In this document: positions 19,206 through 29,836 of the stretch, piece by piece
Numbering within the stretch: position 1 is the stretch's first letter
How the letters are laid out: each line of letters begins with the position of its first letter
From: Eudoraea sp.
GTDB taxonomy: Bacteria > Bacteroidota > Bacteroidia > Flavobacteriales > Flavobacteriaceae
Direction: 5' to 3'
Assembly: GCA_035312365.1 (NCBI GenBank)
Contig: DATGCB010000401.1
Location: forward strand, 1-44,416
Length of the DNA: 44,416 nucleotides
Program-made: the position numbers and the translations under genes
The notes under the pieces: generated by a model
Told to the model about the DNA's origin: nothing
What the model saw: only the letters and a program-made list of their open reading frames with translations
Database searches by the model: none

Positions 19206-22010
19206 TTATTGTTTGGCTTTTGGTCTTGTCATGTTGTCCCTGGTCTTGTCGAAAACAAAATCGATAACCTGTTGATGCCTCATTTTTGAACGCACTCCGC
19301 TTCCGGCTGCCGGAGACGCATAAAAACGCCGGGAAGCCACCCTAAATTTACGGGCATCGCTAAAATGCATCATCAAATGGCTCCAGGGACCCATATTTCT
19401 GGGTTCCTCCTGTGCCCAAACCAGATCATCCGCATTTACATACTTGCCGATAACCTCTTTCATTTGTTCTGAGGGCAGGGGAAATAATTGTTCTACGCGC
19501 ACCAGGGCTACATCCTCCCTTTTGTGCTCTTCTTTGACTGCCAGCAGATCATAATAAAATTTACCGGTGCAGAAGACCAGACTTTTTACCTTTTTTACAT
19601 CGGCAGTCACATCGTCTATGACCTCCTGAAATCTTCCGTTTGCCAACTCCGCTACTTCGGAAACAGCCTTTGGGTGTCTCAGCAGGCTTTTTGGTGTAAA
19701 GACAATTAATGGCTTTCTGAAATTAACCTTCATCTGCCTTCTAAGCAGGTGAAAAAGATTAGCCGGGGTAGTACAATCTGCAACATACATATTATCCCTT
19801 GCACACAACTGCAGATATCGTTCCATCCTGGCAGACGAATGTTCCGCACCCTGACCTTCGTACCCGTGGGGCAGGAACAGGACCAGGCCGTTCTGCAGTT
19901 TCCATTTATCTTCTGCTGCAGAGATATATTGATCTATCATGATCTGCGCCCCATTGCTAAAATCCCCGAACTGGGCTTCCCATATCGTAAGCGTATTTGG
20001 ACTTGCCATGGCATACCCGTAATCAAAGCCAACCACCCCGTATTCGGATAGGAGGGAATTGTAGATCTGAAAGTGTCCCTGGTCATCCGATAAGTGATTC
20101 AGAAGCAAAATTTCCTCTTCACTTTCCTCCACCTTCATCACCGCATGCCGGTGTGAAAAAGTGCCCCGTTCCACATCCTGGCCAGAAATACGTACTCCGA
20201 ACCCTTCTTCCAACAAGGTTCCATACGCCAAAAGTTCCCCCATAGCCCAATCGAGCTTATTGGTCTCAAAAAACATTTTTTTTCGATCGCTGACCAATTT
20301 TTCAACTTTTCGCAGAAACTTCTTATCCTTTGGGAGTTGGGTGATCGTTTCGGCAATTTTTGTAAGTTTCTCTTCGTCATAGCTGGTATCAACAGGGTCC
20401 ATCATCTCCCATTCTCGTACGTTTTCGAATCCCTTCCATTCATCCGCCATGAAAGGCGTAACTACGGTCTTGTCCTCTTTTCGCGAATCCTCCAACTCTT
20501 CTTCCAGGCTCGACTTATATTCCTCCTCCAGCTTCTTTACGTAATCGTCATCAATGATCCCTTCCGCTTTTAGTTTATTGGCATAAACGTCCCTTGGATT
20601 TGGATGACTGGCGATTGCCTTATATAATTTGGGTTGAGTAAATCGGGGTTCATCCCCTTCGTTATGACCATATTTACGATAACCGAGAAGGTCTAAAAAG
20701 ACATCCTGGTTGAACTGCATCCGATATTCCAGGGCAAACAGCGAGGCGTGTACGACGGCCTCGGAATCATCAGCATTGACGTGGAGGACAGGACAGAGCG
20801 TTACCTTTCCAACATCGGTACAATAGGTGGAGGACCTTCCATCCAGATAATTGGTCGTAAATCCAATTTGGTTGTTGACCACGATATGAATGGTCCCGTT
20901 TGTTCTGTACCCATCCAGGTTCGCCATTTGTACCACCTCATAGGCCAGCCCCTGTCCGGCAATGGCTGCATCCCCATGAACCACGATCGGCAAAACCTTT
21001 GAAAAATCTTCCGGGTAATGAACATCCTGTTTTGCGCGTGTAATTCCTTCCACCACGGCCCCTACCGTTTCCAGGTGTGACGGATTAGGTGCAATGTTCA
21101 TACTTATTTTGTTGCCGTTTTCATCTTTACGCTCCGATGTCCACCCGAGGTGATATTTTACATCTCCGTCAAAGATCTCCTGTTCATAGTCCTTGCCGTC
21201 GAACTCACTAAAAATATCCTTGGCAGCCTTTCCGAAAATATTGGTTAGGACGTTCAGCCTCCCCCTATGGGCCATTCCCATCACAAATTGTTTAACGCCC
21301 AATTCGGCGGCCCTTTCCACAATGGCATCCAGCGCGGGGATCAAAGCTTCATTCCCTTCAAGGGAGAACCGCTTTTGACCGACATATTTTGTATGTAAAA
21401 AACCTTCAAAAGAGACTGCCTGATTTAATTTTTTCAGGATGTACTTCTTCCTGTCCGTACTGAAATCAGGATGATTGTCATTAATATTCAGCCAATCCTG
21501 TATCCACTGTACGCGCTCCGGGGTTCGGATATACATATATTCCACACCAATTGCATCGCAATAGATGCGCTGCAGGTGGCCGATTATCTGCCGCAGGGTG
21601 TTTTTACCGATACCTATGATCTCCCCAGCACTAAATTGCTGATCCATGTCGGCTGCAGACAATCCGAAATTCTCAATATCAAGGGTGGGAGTATACTGTC
21701 GCCTTTCCCTTACCGGATTTGTTTTGGTAAATAAATGGCCCCTGCTCCGATACCCATCAATCAACCGGACCACCTGAAATTCCTTTTGAAGGGATTCGGG
21801 TATGGCCACCGCTTCCCCATTGGCCAATATGCCGGAACCATTCTGTACGGCAAGACCAGCTTCCTCCAGGGCGCTTTCCGTACCAAAATCGAACCCCTGG
21901 AAAAAAGCGCGCCAACTTGGTTCCACACGATCCGGATGCCTTAGGTATTGCTCGTATAAATCTGCAAAAAATGAGGTGTGGGCTGTATTTAAAAAGGAAT
22001 ATTTATCCAT
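19206..22010 (-). CDS. sucA: 2-oxoglutarate dehydrogenase E1
   Basis: KRFSLEG, GMAHRGRLN, HGDAA, WEAQFGDF, PHGYEGQGAEHSS motifs; TATTTTTG box on - at 22045-22052. Confidence 0.98.
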   Translation of the reverse strand: MDKYSFLNTAHTSFFADLYEQYLRHPDRVEPSWRAFFQGFDFGTESALEEAGLAVQNGSGILANGEAVAIPESLQKEFQVVRLIDGYRSRGHLFTKTNPVRERRQYTPTLDIENFGLSAADMDQQFSAGEIIGIGKNTLRQIIGHLQRIYCDAIGVEYMYIRTPERVQWIQDWLNINDNHPDFSTDRKKYILKKLNQAVSFEGFLHTKYVGQKRFSLEGNEALIPALDAIVERAAELGVKQFVMGMAHRGRLNVLTNIFGKAAKDIFSEFDGKDYEQEIFDGDVKYHLGWTSERKDENGNKISMNIAPNPSHLETVGAVVEGITRAKQDVHYPEDFSKVLPIVVHGDAAIAGQGLAYEVVQMANLDGYRTNGTIHIVVNNQIGFTTNYLDGRSSTYCTDVGKVTLCPVLHVNADDSEAVVHASLFALEYRMQFNQDVFLDLLGYRKYGHNEGDEPRFTQPKLYKAIASHPNPRDVYANKLKAEGIIDDDYVKKLEEEYKSSLEEELEDSRKEDKTVVTPFMADEWKGFENVREWEMMDPVDTSYDEEKLTKIAETITQLPKDKKFLRKVEKLVSDRKKMFFETNKLDWAMGELLAYGTLLEEGFGVRISGQDVERGTFSHRHAVMKVEESEEEILLLNHLSDDQGHFQIYNSLLSEYGVVGFDYGYAMASPNTLTIWEAQFGDFSNGAQIMIDQYISAAEDKWKLQNGLVLFLPHGYEGQGAEHSSARMERYLQLCARDNMYVADCTTPANLFHLLRRQMKVNFRKPLIVFTPKSLLRHPKAVSEVAELANGRFQEVIDDVTADVKKVKSLVFCTGKFYYDLLAVKEEHKREDVALVRVEQLFPLPSEQMKEVIGKYVNADDLVWAQEEPRNMGPWSHLMMHFSDARKFRVASRRFYASPAAGSGVRSKMRHQQVIDFVFDKTRDNMTRPKAKQ

Positions 22011-22105
22011 GAATAATATCGCTGTCTTAACAAGAATAATTCATCAAAAATACAACATTTAAAGGTTATTAGGATTATCTTGGACCCTATAATTGACAAA
22101 TATAA

Positions 22106-22648
22106 ATGGCAATGATACGCATAAATTGTTCCCCTCCAAAAAAGTTTTTATTACCCGTGCTTTTTGGTTTTATGTGCCTTACCGGATTTTCTCAAAGACA
22201 AAATGTTCCAGGTGAATTTTGGAGCAAAGTAAGGTATGGGGGTGGCTTAGGTCTCGGCTTCGGGAACAATGCATTCAATCTCTCTGTTGCGCCGAGTGCC
22301 ATTTATCAGGCTAATGAATATTTTGCAGCCGGTATTGGCCTCAGCGTTAACTATGCCAAGTTTGGTGGAACAAAGTTTACGGCCTATGGAGGCAGTCTTA
22401 TAACGCTGTTTAATCCGATCCCGGCCATACAGCTTTCGGCAGAACTGGAACAACTCAGGGTAAACAGAACGCTGGAACTAATTCCCAGCGGAAGTTTAAA
22501 AGATAATTATTGGTCTCCTGCCTTAATGCTGGGGGCGGGTTACAGCAATCGTAATGTTACCGTTGGCATTCGTTACGATGTACTCCACGATTCGGACAAA
22601 AGTATCTATACCGATGCATGGATGCCCTTTGTAAGGGTTTATTTTTAA
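22106..22648 (+). CDS. Small outer-membrane beta-barrel-like hypothetical protein
   Basis: Signal peptide, Gly/aromatic-rich alternating strands, C-terminal VRVYF; start uncertain. Confidence 0.75.
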   Translation: MAMIRINCSPPKKFLLPVLFGFMCLTGFSQRQNVPGEFWSKVRYGGGLGLGFGNNAFNLSVAPSAIYQANEYFAAGIGLSVNYAKFGGTKFTAYGGSLITLFNPIPAIQLSAELEQLRVNRTLELIPSGSLKDNYWSPALMLGAGYSNRNVTVGIRYDVLHDSDKSIYTDAWMPFVRVYF

Positions 22649-22663
22649 ATGTGGTTTAAAATT

Positions 22664-23020
22664 CTATCCGGAGTACCGGTTTTTCAGCCAAACCTTTTGC
22701 CGTTCTCTTTTTAAAATCAGGAAAGTTACCTCATCGGCGACTTCAACCACATCTGACACCTCAAGTTCCTTAAAAGCTTTTTCAGGTACATCCACAACAT
22801 ACAGCAGATTGAGGTAGTCCGTAAAACGTTCCAGAAGAAGCCTGTATATTTTTTCCCTGAGCGCAGCGATCAAATCATTCGCTTTTATTTCCACCGGAAT
22901 TTCCATCGGTACATTCGCCAATTCAAAATCCTTTTTGAGTTGCTTAACCAGGGCTCCGTAAAGCTCATCCTTCATCGCACCCTCCAGGAGTTCCAGGTTA
23001 TCGGCGTATTTCTTTGACAT
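22664..23020 (-). CDS. Conserved hypothetical protein
   Basis: QLKKDF.LAN, YLNLLYVVDV, LILKRE.QKVW pattern; ATG 23020 preferred over GTG 23068. Confidence 0.7.
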   Translation of the reverse strand: MSKKYADNLELLEGAMKDELYGALVKQLKKDFELANVPMEIPVEIKANDLIAALREKIYRLLLERFTDYLNLLYVVDVPEKAFKELEVSDVVEVADEVTFLILKRERQKVWLKNRYSG

Positions 23021-23133
23021 ATTCTTGGCGTAAATGGACGACCAACCATCGCCTGTTTCCGTGCCCACCCTCCTACCGCTTTAAAAGCAGGAAAATTGGG
23101 GGATCCATCGGCAAACATTGTTTTGCTAATTGA

Positions 23134-24408
23134 TCATTGCTTATAAACCACTCCTTCCTTCATCACAAAAACCACATTTTCCAGCGTGGTCACTTCTTGC
23201 ACCGGATCCTCTTCAACGGCAATTATATCCGCCAAAAACCCGGCTTTTAATTGCCCTAGCCGATCCTTCATCCCCAGTAAGGCGGCATTGGTCACCGTGG
23301 CACTTTTTAAAGATTCAAGCACCGGCATACCGGCTTCCAACATAAACCTGAACTCCTTGGCATTATCTCCGTGGGGGGAAACCCCCGCATCTGTACCAAA
23401 GGCAATTGGCACCCCTTTTTTATACGCCTTCCCAAAAGTAATCTGACTTATGGGACCGATCTCCCTTGCCTTTTCTGCAACAATAGGGGGAAGAAATGCG
23501 GGAATTTCCGCCATTTTGGCGGCTTCTTTGCCTGCAGAAATGGTTGGCACCAAATAGGCATTATGTGATTTCATCATTTCCATGGTGGCTTCACTCATAT
23601 AGGTGCCATGCTCAATGGTTTTAATACCCCCGAGGATGGCCCTTTGCATTCCTTCGTCCCCATGAGCATGGGCAGCGGTAAGCATATCATAATCCCGGGC
23701 GGTATCGGTTATCGCTCTGATTTCTTCGATGGTAAACTGAGGGTTTTTTCCATTTTTAGCAACACTCATAACACCCCCCGTAGCGGTGATCTTTATTACA
23801 TCAGAACCATCTTTATACCTCTGTCGTACCGCCTTTCTGCCATCTTCCGGGGAATTTACAACCCCTTCCTTTGGCCCCGGATCACCCTTGAAATCATCCC
23901 GAACACCGTTTGTAGGGTCTCCGTGCCCCCCCGTCGAAGCCAGGGTTTTTCCGGCCGTAAATATACGGGGGCCTTTCACCAGTCCTTTATTAATTGCGTT
24001 TCTCAACGCAATGTTGACACCGCTACCCCCCAGGTCCCTTACCGTTGTGAAGCCGGCCATCAGGGTACGTTCGGCATAGACGGTGGACTGGAAAGCGATA
24101 TCTGCCGGATTTTTGGTAAAGCGTTCCAAATACCGGGAGGGGCTGGATTCACCTTCAATATGTACATGCATATCTATAAATCCGGGGAGGACCGTTTTGT
24201 TCTTCAGATCGATGGTCAGATCTCCCTCCCGACCACTGATAAAGCCGCTCTCAATTCGCTCGATGCTATTTCCCGAAACTACAATGGTTTTTTCGGTATG
24301 GGACCTTCCCGATTCCGTATCCAAAATCGTCCCGCATTGCAAATAAGTGTCCTGTGCATTTAACATGAACGTAAATACAAGGCCCATGGCCACTAATTTT
24401 CCTCTCAT
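23134..24408 (-). CDS. Secreted amidohydrolase (Xaa-Pro dipeptidase-like metal-dependent hydrolase)
   Basis: Signal peptide; PGFIDMHVH, GFTTVRDLG, AHAHG, IEHG, FGTDAG motifs. Confidence 0.92.
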   Translation of the reverse strand: MRGKLVAMGLVFTFMLNAQDTYLQCGTILDTESGRSHTEKTIVVSGNSIERIESGFISGREGDLTIDLKNKTVLPGFIDMHVHIEGESSPSRYLERFTKNPADIAFQSTVYAERTLMAGFTTVRDLGGSGVNIALRNAINKGLVKGPRIFTAGKTLASTGGHGDPTNGVRDDFKGDPGPKEGVVNSPEDGRKAVRQRYKDGSDVIKITATGGVMSVAKNGKNPQFTIEEIRAITDTARDYDMLTAAHAHGDEGMQRAILGGIKTIEHGTYMSEATMEMMKSHNAYLVPTISAGKEAAKMAEIPAFLPPIVAEKAREIGPISQITFGKAYKKGVPIAFGTDAGVSPHGDNAKEFRFMLEAGMPVLESLKSATVTNAALLGMKDRLGQLKAGFLADIIAVEEDPVQEVTTLENVVFVMKEGVVYKQ

Positions 24409-24424
24409 TATATCATTGATTTGA

Positions 24425-25444
24425 TTATTTGTTCCTGACCTTCAGCTCCCATTTCCAGGCAGATTTCATCGCCTCATCTAAGGAAGTTCCCGCCCTCCAT
24501 CCTAACACCATATTGGCTTTGGTGGTATCCGCATACGCTTTAACCACATCCCCGGGTCGTCTTCCAACGACTTTGTAGTTGAGTTTTTTACCAGCTATCT
24601 TTTCAAAACTTTCTATAACCTCCATTACGGAAGTCCCCTCACCGGTGCCAACATTAAATATTTCGTAATTTTCAGCATTCCTTTTTTCAAGCAGCCGTTT
24701 TAGCGCCACGACATGTGCCCTGGCCAGATCAACGACATAAATATAATCGCGAATACACGTACCATCCCGGGTGGGATAGTCATCTCCAAAAACAGACAGT
24801 TGTTCCCTGAGCCCTACGCCGGTCTGGGTAATATAAGGCACAAGATTTTGGGGGATTCCTATGGGAAGCTCACCAATTTCAATGCTTGGATGTGCTCCGA
24901 TGGGGTTAAAATACCGAAGGGATAAGGCCCGCAGTTGTGGCGTGACCTTGCATGTATCCCGGATGATCTCCTCCCCGACCTGTTTTGTATTGCCATAGGG
25001 CGATTCAGCCTCCTTAACAGCAGCATCCTCCGTTATCGGCATTTTATCGGCCTGGCCGTATACCGTACATGAAGAACTAAAAATAAAGGAAGCGTTATCC
25101 TTCCTCGTCAATTCCCGGAGGAGGTAGACCAGGGTATTTATGTTGTTCTCGTAATATAGCAATGGTTTCTGAACACTTTCGCCTACCGCCTTGGAGGCTG
25201 CAAAATGGATGACACCTTCTATATCGTTATGCCGTTCGAAAAAATCCTCAACCAATGATTTTTCCCGGAGGTCCAATCGTTCAAAATGTGGTCGCCGGCC
25301 CGTAATATTATAAATACCCTCCAGGACGTCTTCAGAGGAATTGGAACAGTCATCTATGATGACCACTTCAAAATTTTCCTGCTGCAATTCTACCACAGTA
25401 TGTGATCCGATGAATCCGAGGCCCCCTGTAACAAGTACTTTCAT
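24425..25444 (-). CDS. galE: UDP-glucose 4-epimerase
   Basis: TGGLGFIGSH, HFAASKAVGES, YGNTK, LRYFNPIGAH motifs. Confidence 0.95.
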   Translation of the reverse strand: MKVLVTGGLGFIGSHTVVELQQENFEVVIIDDCSNSSEDVLEGIYNITGRRPHFERLDLREKSLVEDFFERHNDIEGVIHFAASKAVGESVQKPLLYYENNINTLVYLLRELTRKDNASFIFSSSCTVYGQADKMPITEDAAVKEAESPYGNTKQVGEEIIRDTCKVTPQLRALSLRYFNPIGAHPSIEIGELPIGIPQNLVPYITQTGVGLREQLSVFGDDYPTRDGTCIRDYIYVVDLARAHVVALKRLLEKRNAENYEIFNVGTGEGTSVMEVIESFEKIAGKKLNYKVVGRRPGDVVKAYADTTKANMVLGWRAGTSLDEAMKSAWKWELKVRNK

Positions 25445-25497
25445 TTCTTACATTTTTTAGGCGCTGCACCCTGTGATTCCCATGATATCTGAAGCAC

Positions 25498-26652
25498 TCA
25501 TCCTTTAATAAAGGCAACCACGGTGTTGGTGATATAATTTATTTGTTCATCATCCAATTCGGTATGCATCGGCAGCGAAATCACTTCCTTAACCAACTGG
25601 TTCGTAACGGGGAAATCGGCCTCGTTGTACCGTTCATCCCTATATGCCTTCTGCCTGTGAAGTGGTATGGGATAATAGACTCCGCAGGGTATTTCCTTTT
25701 CATGGAGATGTTCTGCAAGCGCATCTCTTTTCCCATTGGCAATCCGCAGTGTATATTGATGAAAGACATGGCAATCACAGGCATCACATGTTCCGGAACA
25801 ATTCCCTCCCATTACCGGAATTAGAATATGATCCTGTCCCTGCAGGGCACTGGAATATTTCCTGGCCGCCTCCCTCCTGCTCTCGCAATAGGTGTCGAGT
25901 TCAGGCAATTTCGCCCTGAGTACTGCAGCCTGAATAGAATCCAGCCTGGAATTAACTCCCACTACATCGTGATGGTAACGCTGGTACATTCCGTGATTTA
26001 CGATTCCCCGGATGGTGTGGGCAAGTTCATCATTGTTTGTAAATAGGGCGCCTCCATCCCCGTAGCATCCGAGGTTTTTGGAAGGAAAAAAAGAGGTGGC
26101 TCCCACATGGCCCAGGGTTCCCGCTTTCCGCTTTTTGCCATCCACATGGTAGTAATTGGCACCAATTGCCTGGGCATTATCCTCTATTACAAAAAGATCA
26201 TGTTTTTCTGCAATTTCCAAAATGGCGTCCATATTGGCGCACTGGCCAAAGAGATGCACAGGTACAATCGCTTTTGTTTTCGGGGTTATGGCCCTTTCAA
26301 CAGCCCTGGGGTCAATGTTGAAAGTATCCGGTTCCACATCAACAAGTACGGGCGTAAGTCGGAGCAAACCGATCACTTCCACCGTGGCCGCAAAGGTGAA
26401 ATCGGCCGTAATCACTTCATCCCCGGGCTGCAAATCCAATCCCATCATGGCTATTTGAAGTGCATCCGTACCATTGGCACAGGGAATCACATGCTTCACT
26501 TGCAGATAATCCTCCAATTCTTTTTGAAATGCATGTACCTCAGGGCCATTAATGAAAGTTGCAGTGTTCAGAACCTGGGAAATGGAAGCGTTTACCTGTT
26601 CCTTGATTCCCTGGTATTGACCGACGAGGTCTACCATTTGAATTTTCTTCAT
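25498..26652 (-). CDS. DegT/DnrJ/EryC1/StrS PLP-dependent sugar aminotransferase
   Basis: NGTDAL, PVHLFGQ, EDNAQ, SFFPSKNLG (PLP Lys); start set at ATG 26652 (MKKIQMVDL) with TATTTTTG box at 26713-26720 on -. Confidence 0.93.
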   Translation of the reverse strand: MKKIQMVDLVGQYQGIKEQVNASISQVLNTATFINGPEVHAFQKELEDYLQVKHVIPCANGTDALQIAMMGLDLQPGDEVITADFTFAATVEVIGLLRLTPVLVDVEPDTFNIDPRAVERAITPKTKAIVPVHLFGQCANMDAILEIAEKHDLFVIEDNAQAIGANYYHVDGKKRKAGTLGHVGATSFFPSKNLGCYGDGGALFTNNDELAHTIRGIVNHGMYQRYHHDVVGVNSRLDSIQAAVLRAKLPELDTYCESRREAARKYSSALQGQDHILIPVMGGNCSGTCDACDCHVFHQYTLRIANGKRDALAEHLHEKEIPCGVYYPIPLHRQKAYRDERYNEADFPVTNQLVKEVISLPMHTELDDEQINYITNTVVAFIKG

Positions 26653-26774
26653 AAAAAACTTTTGGGTGCCGATTGAATCCCGCCAAAGATTGGGAAGGCA
26701 TGAACAATAATACAAAAATAAGGAACGGCCGCAAATGAAATTGTTGAAAGAAATGTAATTTAGCAGCAAACTAA

Positions 26775-28019
26775 TTGCCCGTGTATTTCCTATATGATCT
26801 GGCCCTCCTTATCACCCCTGTCTTTTTAAAATTCATCGCGTTGTTTCATCCCAAAATCAACCTCTTCGTTCGGGGTAGAAAGAAGGCTTTTTCCATTTTG
26901 GAAAATAACATTTCCGCAGCGGATAAGATCATATGGGTGCATGCGGCCTCATTGGGCGAATTTGAACAGGGACTACCGGTGATTGAAAATCTCAAAACAT
27001 CCTATGGCGACCATAAAATACTCCTTACCTTCTTCTCCCCTTCAGGTTATGAAGTGAAAAAAGATACTACTGCTGCCGATATTGTCTGTTACCTTCCCCT
27101 GGATACCCGGGCAAATGCGCGAAGGTTTGTCGAAACCACACATCCTTCATTAGCGATCTTTGTCAAGTATGAGATATGGCCAAATTACCTGAATGCCCTG
27201 GAACAAAATCAGATTCCGGCACTGTTGATCTCTGCTATTTTTAAAAAAGACCAGGTTTACTTTAAATGGTACGGCAGATTTATGCAAAAGGTGTTGAGGA
27301 AAATGACCCATTTTTTCTTACAGGACAGGGCCTCGGAGTCTATGTTGCGGTCCATAGGAATCAGGGAGAAGATTACGGTTAGCGGGGACACCCGTTTTGA
27401 CAGGGTGGCGAAAATTCTGGAAAGAGATAATACACTGGCATTTATGGAATCTTTCAGCCAGGGAAGCCGGTGCCTGGTAGCCGGAAGTAGTTGGCCGGAA
27501 GATGATAAAATCCTGGTTCCGCTGATCAACAATGCGCCCCTTTCCCTTAAATATATCCTTGCGCCTCATGCCATTAAACCTGACCATATAGGGGAGTTAA
27601 GAAAGGCCATCACTAAAAAAACCATATTGTATTCGGAAATCGAAGGAGGAGATCTCGGCGAATGCGAGGTCCTCATCGTAGACACCATTGGCTTGCTTAC
27701 GAAAATTTACAGCTATGCGGATATCGCTTATGTAGGGGGTGGGTTTGCGACCGGTTTGCACAATACACTGGAACCGGCAGTTTTCGGGATACCCGTAATC
27801 ATTGGCCCCAGGTATGCCGGCTTTAAGGAAGCGGAAGATCTCGTTGAACGAAAAGGTATTTTTGTGGTCAGGGATATCGGGGAACTGACTGACATCGTTT
27901 CAACCCTGTTGAGCGATCTCTCAATTTACAGGGACGCAGGGCGCACCAATTCGTTATACATTCAAAAAAATAAAGGGGCAGGCGACCAAATAATAAGCTA
28001 CATACGTACGTTACTATAG
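26775..28019 (+). CDS. waaA: 3-deoxy-D-manno-octulosonic acid (Kdo) transferase
   Basis: IWVHAASLGEFEQG, TFFSPSGYE, YLPLD, GDTRFD, HNTLEPA motifs; start TTG 26775 or GTG 26781. Confidence 0.92.
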   Translation: MPVYFLYDLALLITPVFLKFIALFHPKINLFVRGRKKAFSILENNISAADKIIWVHAASLGEFEQGLPVIENLKTSYGDHKILLTFFSPSGYEVKKDTTAADIVCYLPLDTRANARRFVETTHPSLAIFVKYEIWPNYLNALEQNQIPALLISAIFKKDQVYFKWYGRFMQKVLRKMTHFFLQDRASESMLRSIGIREKITVSGDTRFDRVAKILERDNTLAFMESFSQGSRCLVAGSSWPEDDKILVPLINNAPLSLKYILAPHAIKPDHIGELRKAITKKTILYSEIEGGDLGECEVLIVDTIGLLTKIYSYADIAYVGGGFATGLHNTLEPAVFGIPVIIGPRYAGFKEAEDLVERKGIFVVRDIGELTDIVSTLLSDLSIYRDAGRTNSLYIQKNKGAGDQIISYIRTLL

Positions 28020-28029
28020 TGCCTAATCG

Positions 28030-28293
28030 ATGCGTATTATGAAATTTGCTCCAATTTCTTCAATACTACTGCTTTTGGTGGCATTGCTGTCAGGATGTAA
28101 AAATGATAGCAGACAGCTCCAAAATTCCCCGCCGCAGGAGGATGTTATTACCGAACCACCCGCGGGGAGTGAAGAAAAGGAGGTTCCTGGCCCCCGTTTA
28201 AAAACCATGCCTGAGGAGCAAAAATCGGATCGGGGAATTCAAAAGAAAAAGTCCAAAAGTAATTTGGATACACTTCGCCCCAAAACTGCCTGA
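28030..28293 (+). CDS. Small lipoprotein, probably disordered
   Basis: Hydrophobic signal ending LLSGC; mature part rich in P/E/K/Q; alternative ATG at 28039. Confidence 0.65.
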   Translation: MRIMKFAPISSILLLLVALLSGCKNDSRQLQNSPPQEDVITEPPAGSEEKEVPGPRLKTMPEEQKSDRGIQKKKSKSNLDTLRPKTA

Positions 28294-28365
28294 TCGCATC
28301 TTTTGTACACACTCCAATACTATATTTTTTTTTGCTAGTTTTACCACAACCACGAAACTAGCATT

Positions 28366-29694
28366 ATGAATTCCAAAATCTTAAGAATATCACTTATCGC
28401 CGCCTTAGCGGGATTTCTTTTTGGTTTCGATACCGTTGTGATTTCCGGAGCAGAAAAAAAATTGCAACTCTTATGGGAGTCTTCCGATGCCTTTCATGGA
28501 ACTGTGGTGATTGGGATGGCTCTTTTTGGAACAGTGATTGGAGCGATGTTGGGTGGCATTCCCACAAATAAACTTGGCCGTAAGAAAACATTAATACTGA
28601 TAGGCATTCTTTATTCTGTCTCGGCAATTGGATCCGCCCTCGTAAACGATCCGGTAAGTTTTGGATTATTCAGATTTATTGGAGGTTTGGGAATAGGCGC
28701 CTCCACTGTTGCGGCTCCTGCCTATATTTCAGAAGTTGCTCCCGCCAAAGACCGTGGCAGGTTGGTTGGTTTCTACCAATTCATGCTGGTTTTTGGGATC
28801 CTAATGGCGTTTATTTCCAATTATCTATTGAGCGGTATAGGTGAAAACGACTGGCGATGGATGGTTGGGGTTGAGGCATTCCCTGCCGTGGTGTATACCC
28901 TTTTTGTATTAAGCGTACCCAAAAGCCCCAGATGGCTCATTACCAAAGGTAGAATAGAAGAGGCGAGGCATGTACTATCCCTTGTAAATCCCAGTCTTAC
29001 CCTTGAAGCATTGCAGGAAGATATGGACGACGGCACTGAAGGTAGGTCGGCAAAGGAGAATATTTTTCTGAAAAAATATAGATTTCCCCTGATCTTAGCC
29101 TTCCTGATCGCCTTTTTTAATCAGTTTTCGGGAATCAATGCCTTTTTATACTATGCTCCAAGGATCTTCGAGGCAGCAGGGCTTGGAGAAAGTACGGCCC
29201 TGTTAAGTAGTATTGGAATAGGGATCACTAATTTAATATTTACACTCCTTGGGATTTTTCTGATCGACAGGCTGGGCAGGAGACTATTGATGTATTTCGG
29301 TTCTGCAGGATATATAGTATCCCTATCTCTTGTGGCAGCAGCATTTATCCTGGACTGGGAAGGAATTGCGGTGCCGATCTTTCTTTTTATTTTTATCGCT
29401 TCGCATGCTATCGGACAGGGGGCAGTTATATGGGTATTTATTTCCGAAGTCTTCCCCAATCATTTAAGGGGTTCTGGGCAAGCCTTTGGAAGTTCTGTTC
29501 ACTGGGTTTTGGCCTGGCTTATTCCGTCTTCCGTTCCGCTTCTTTTCTCCTGGGTTGGCCCGGGGCCTGTATTCGGGTTCTTCGCATTCATGATGGTGCT
29601 TCAATTAATTTTTGTGAGATATTTGATGCCTGAAACAAAGGGGGTATCCCTGGAAGAACTCAGTAAAAAATTAAGTGAGGGCAGGACCACGTGA
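28366..29694 (+). CDS. Sugar porter family MFS transporter (XylE/GalP-like)
   Basis: GFLFGFDT, GRK/GRR loops, YISEVAP..RG, PKSPRWL, NQFSGIN, PETKG. Confidence 0.95.
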   Translation: MNSKILRISLIAALAGFLFGFDTVVISGAEKKLQLLWESSDAFHGTVVIGMALFGTVIGAMLGGIPTNKLGRKKTLILIGILYSVSAIGSALVNDPVSFGLFRFIGGLGIGASTVAAPAYISEVAPAKDRGRLVGFYQFMLVFGILMAFISNYLLSGIGENDWRWMVGVEAFPAVVYTLFVLSVPKSPRWLITKGRIEEARHVLSLVNPSLTLEALQEDMDDGTEGRSAKENIFLKKYRFPLILAFLIAFFNQFSGINAFLYYAPRIFEAAGLGESTALLSSIGIGITNLIFTLLGIFLIDRLGRRLLMYFGSAGYIVSLSLVAAAFILDWEGIAVPIFLFIFIASHAIGQGAVIWVFISEVFPNHLRGSGQAFGSSVHWVLAWLIPSSVPLLFSWVGPGPVFGFFAFMMVLQLIFVRYLMPETKGVSLEELSKKLSEGRTT

Positions 29695-29836
29695 TCCGCG
29701 CGTCAAAGGTCGTTTATCGATAAATCCGGCGGTATGCCCCGGGATCATAATATCTGGGGGGCTTTTAATCGAAATATGCCCGGACAGCACCAATTTATTC
29801 GCATTTATATGTAAATTGTAGTAAATTACATGAATT

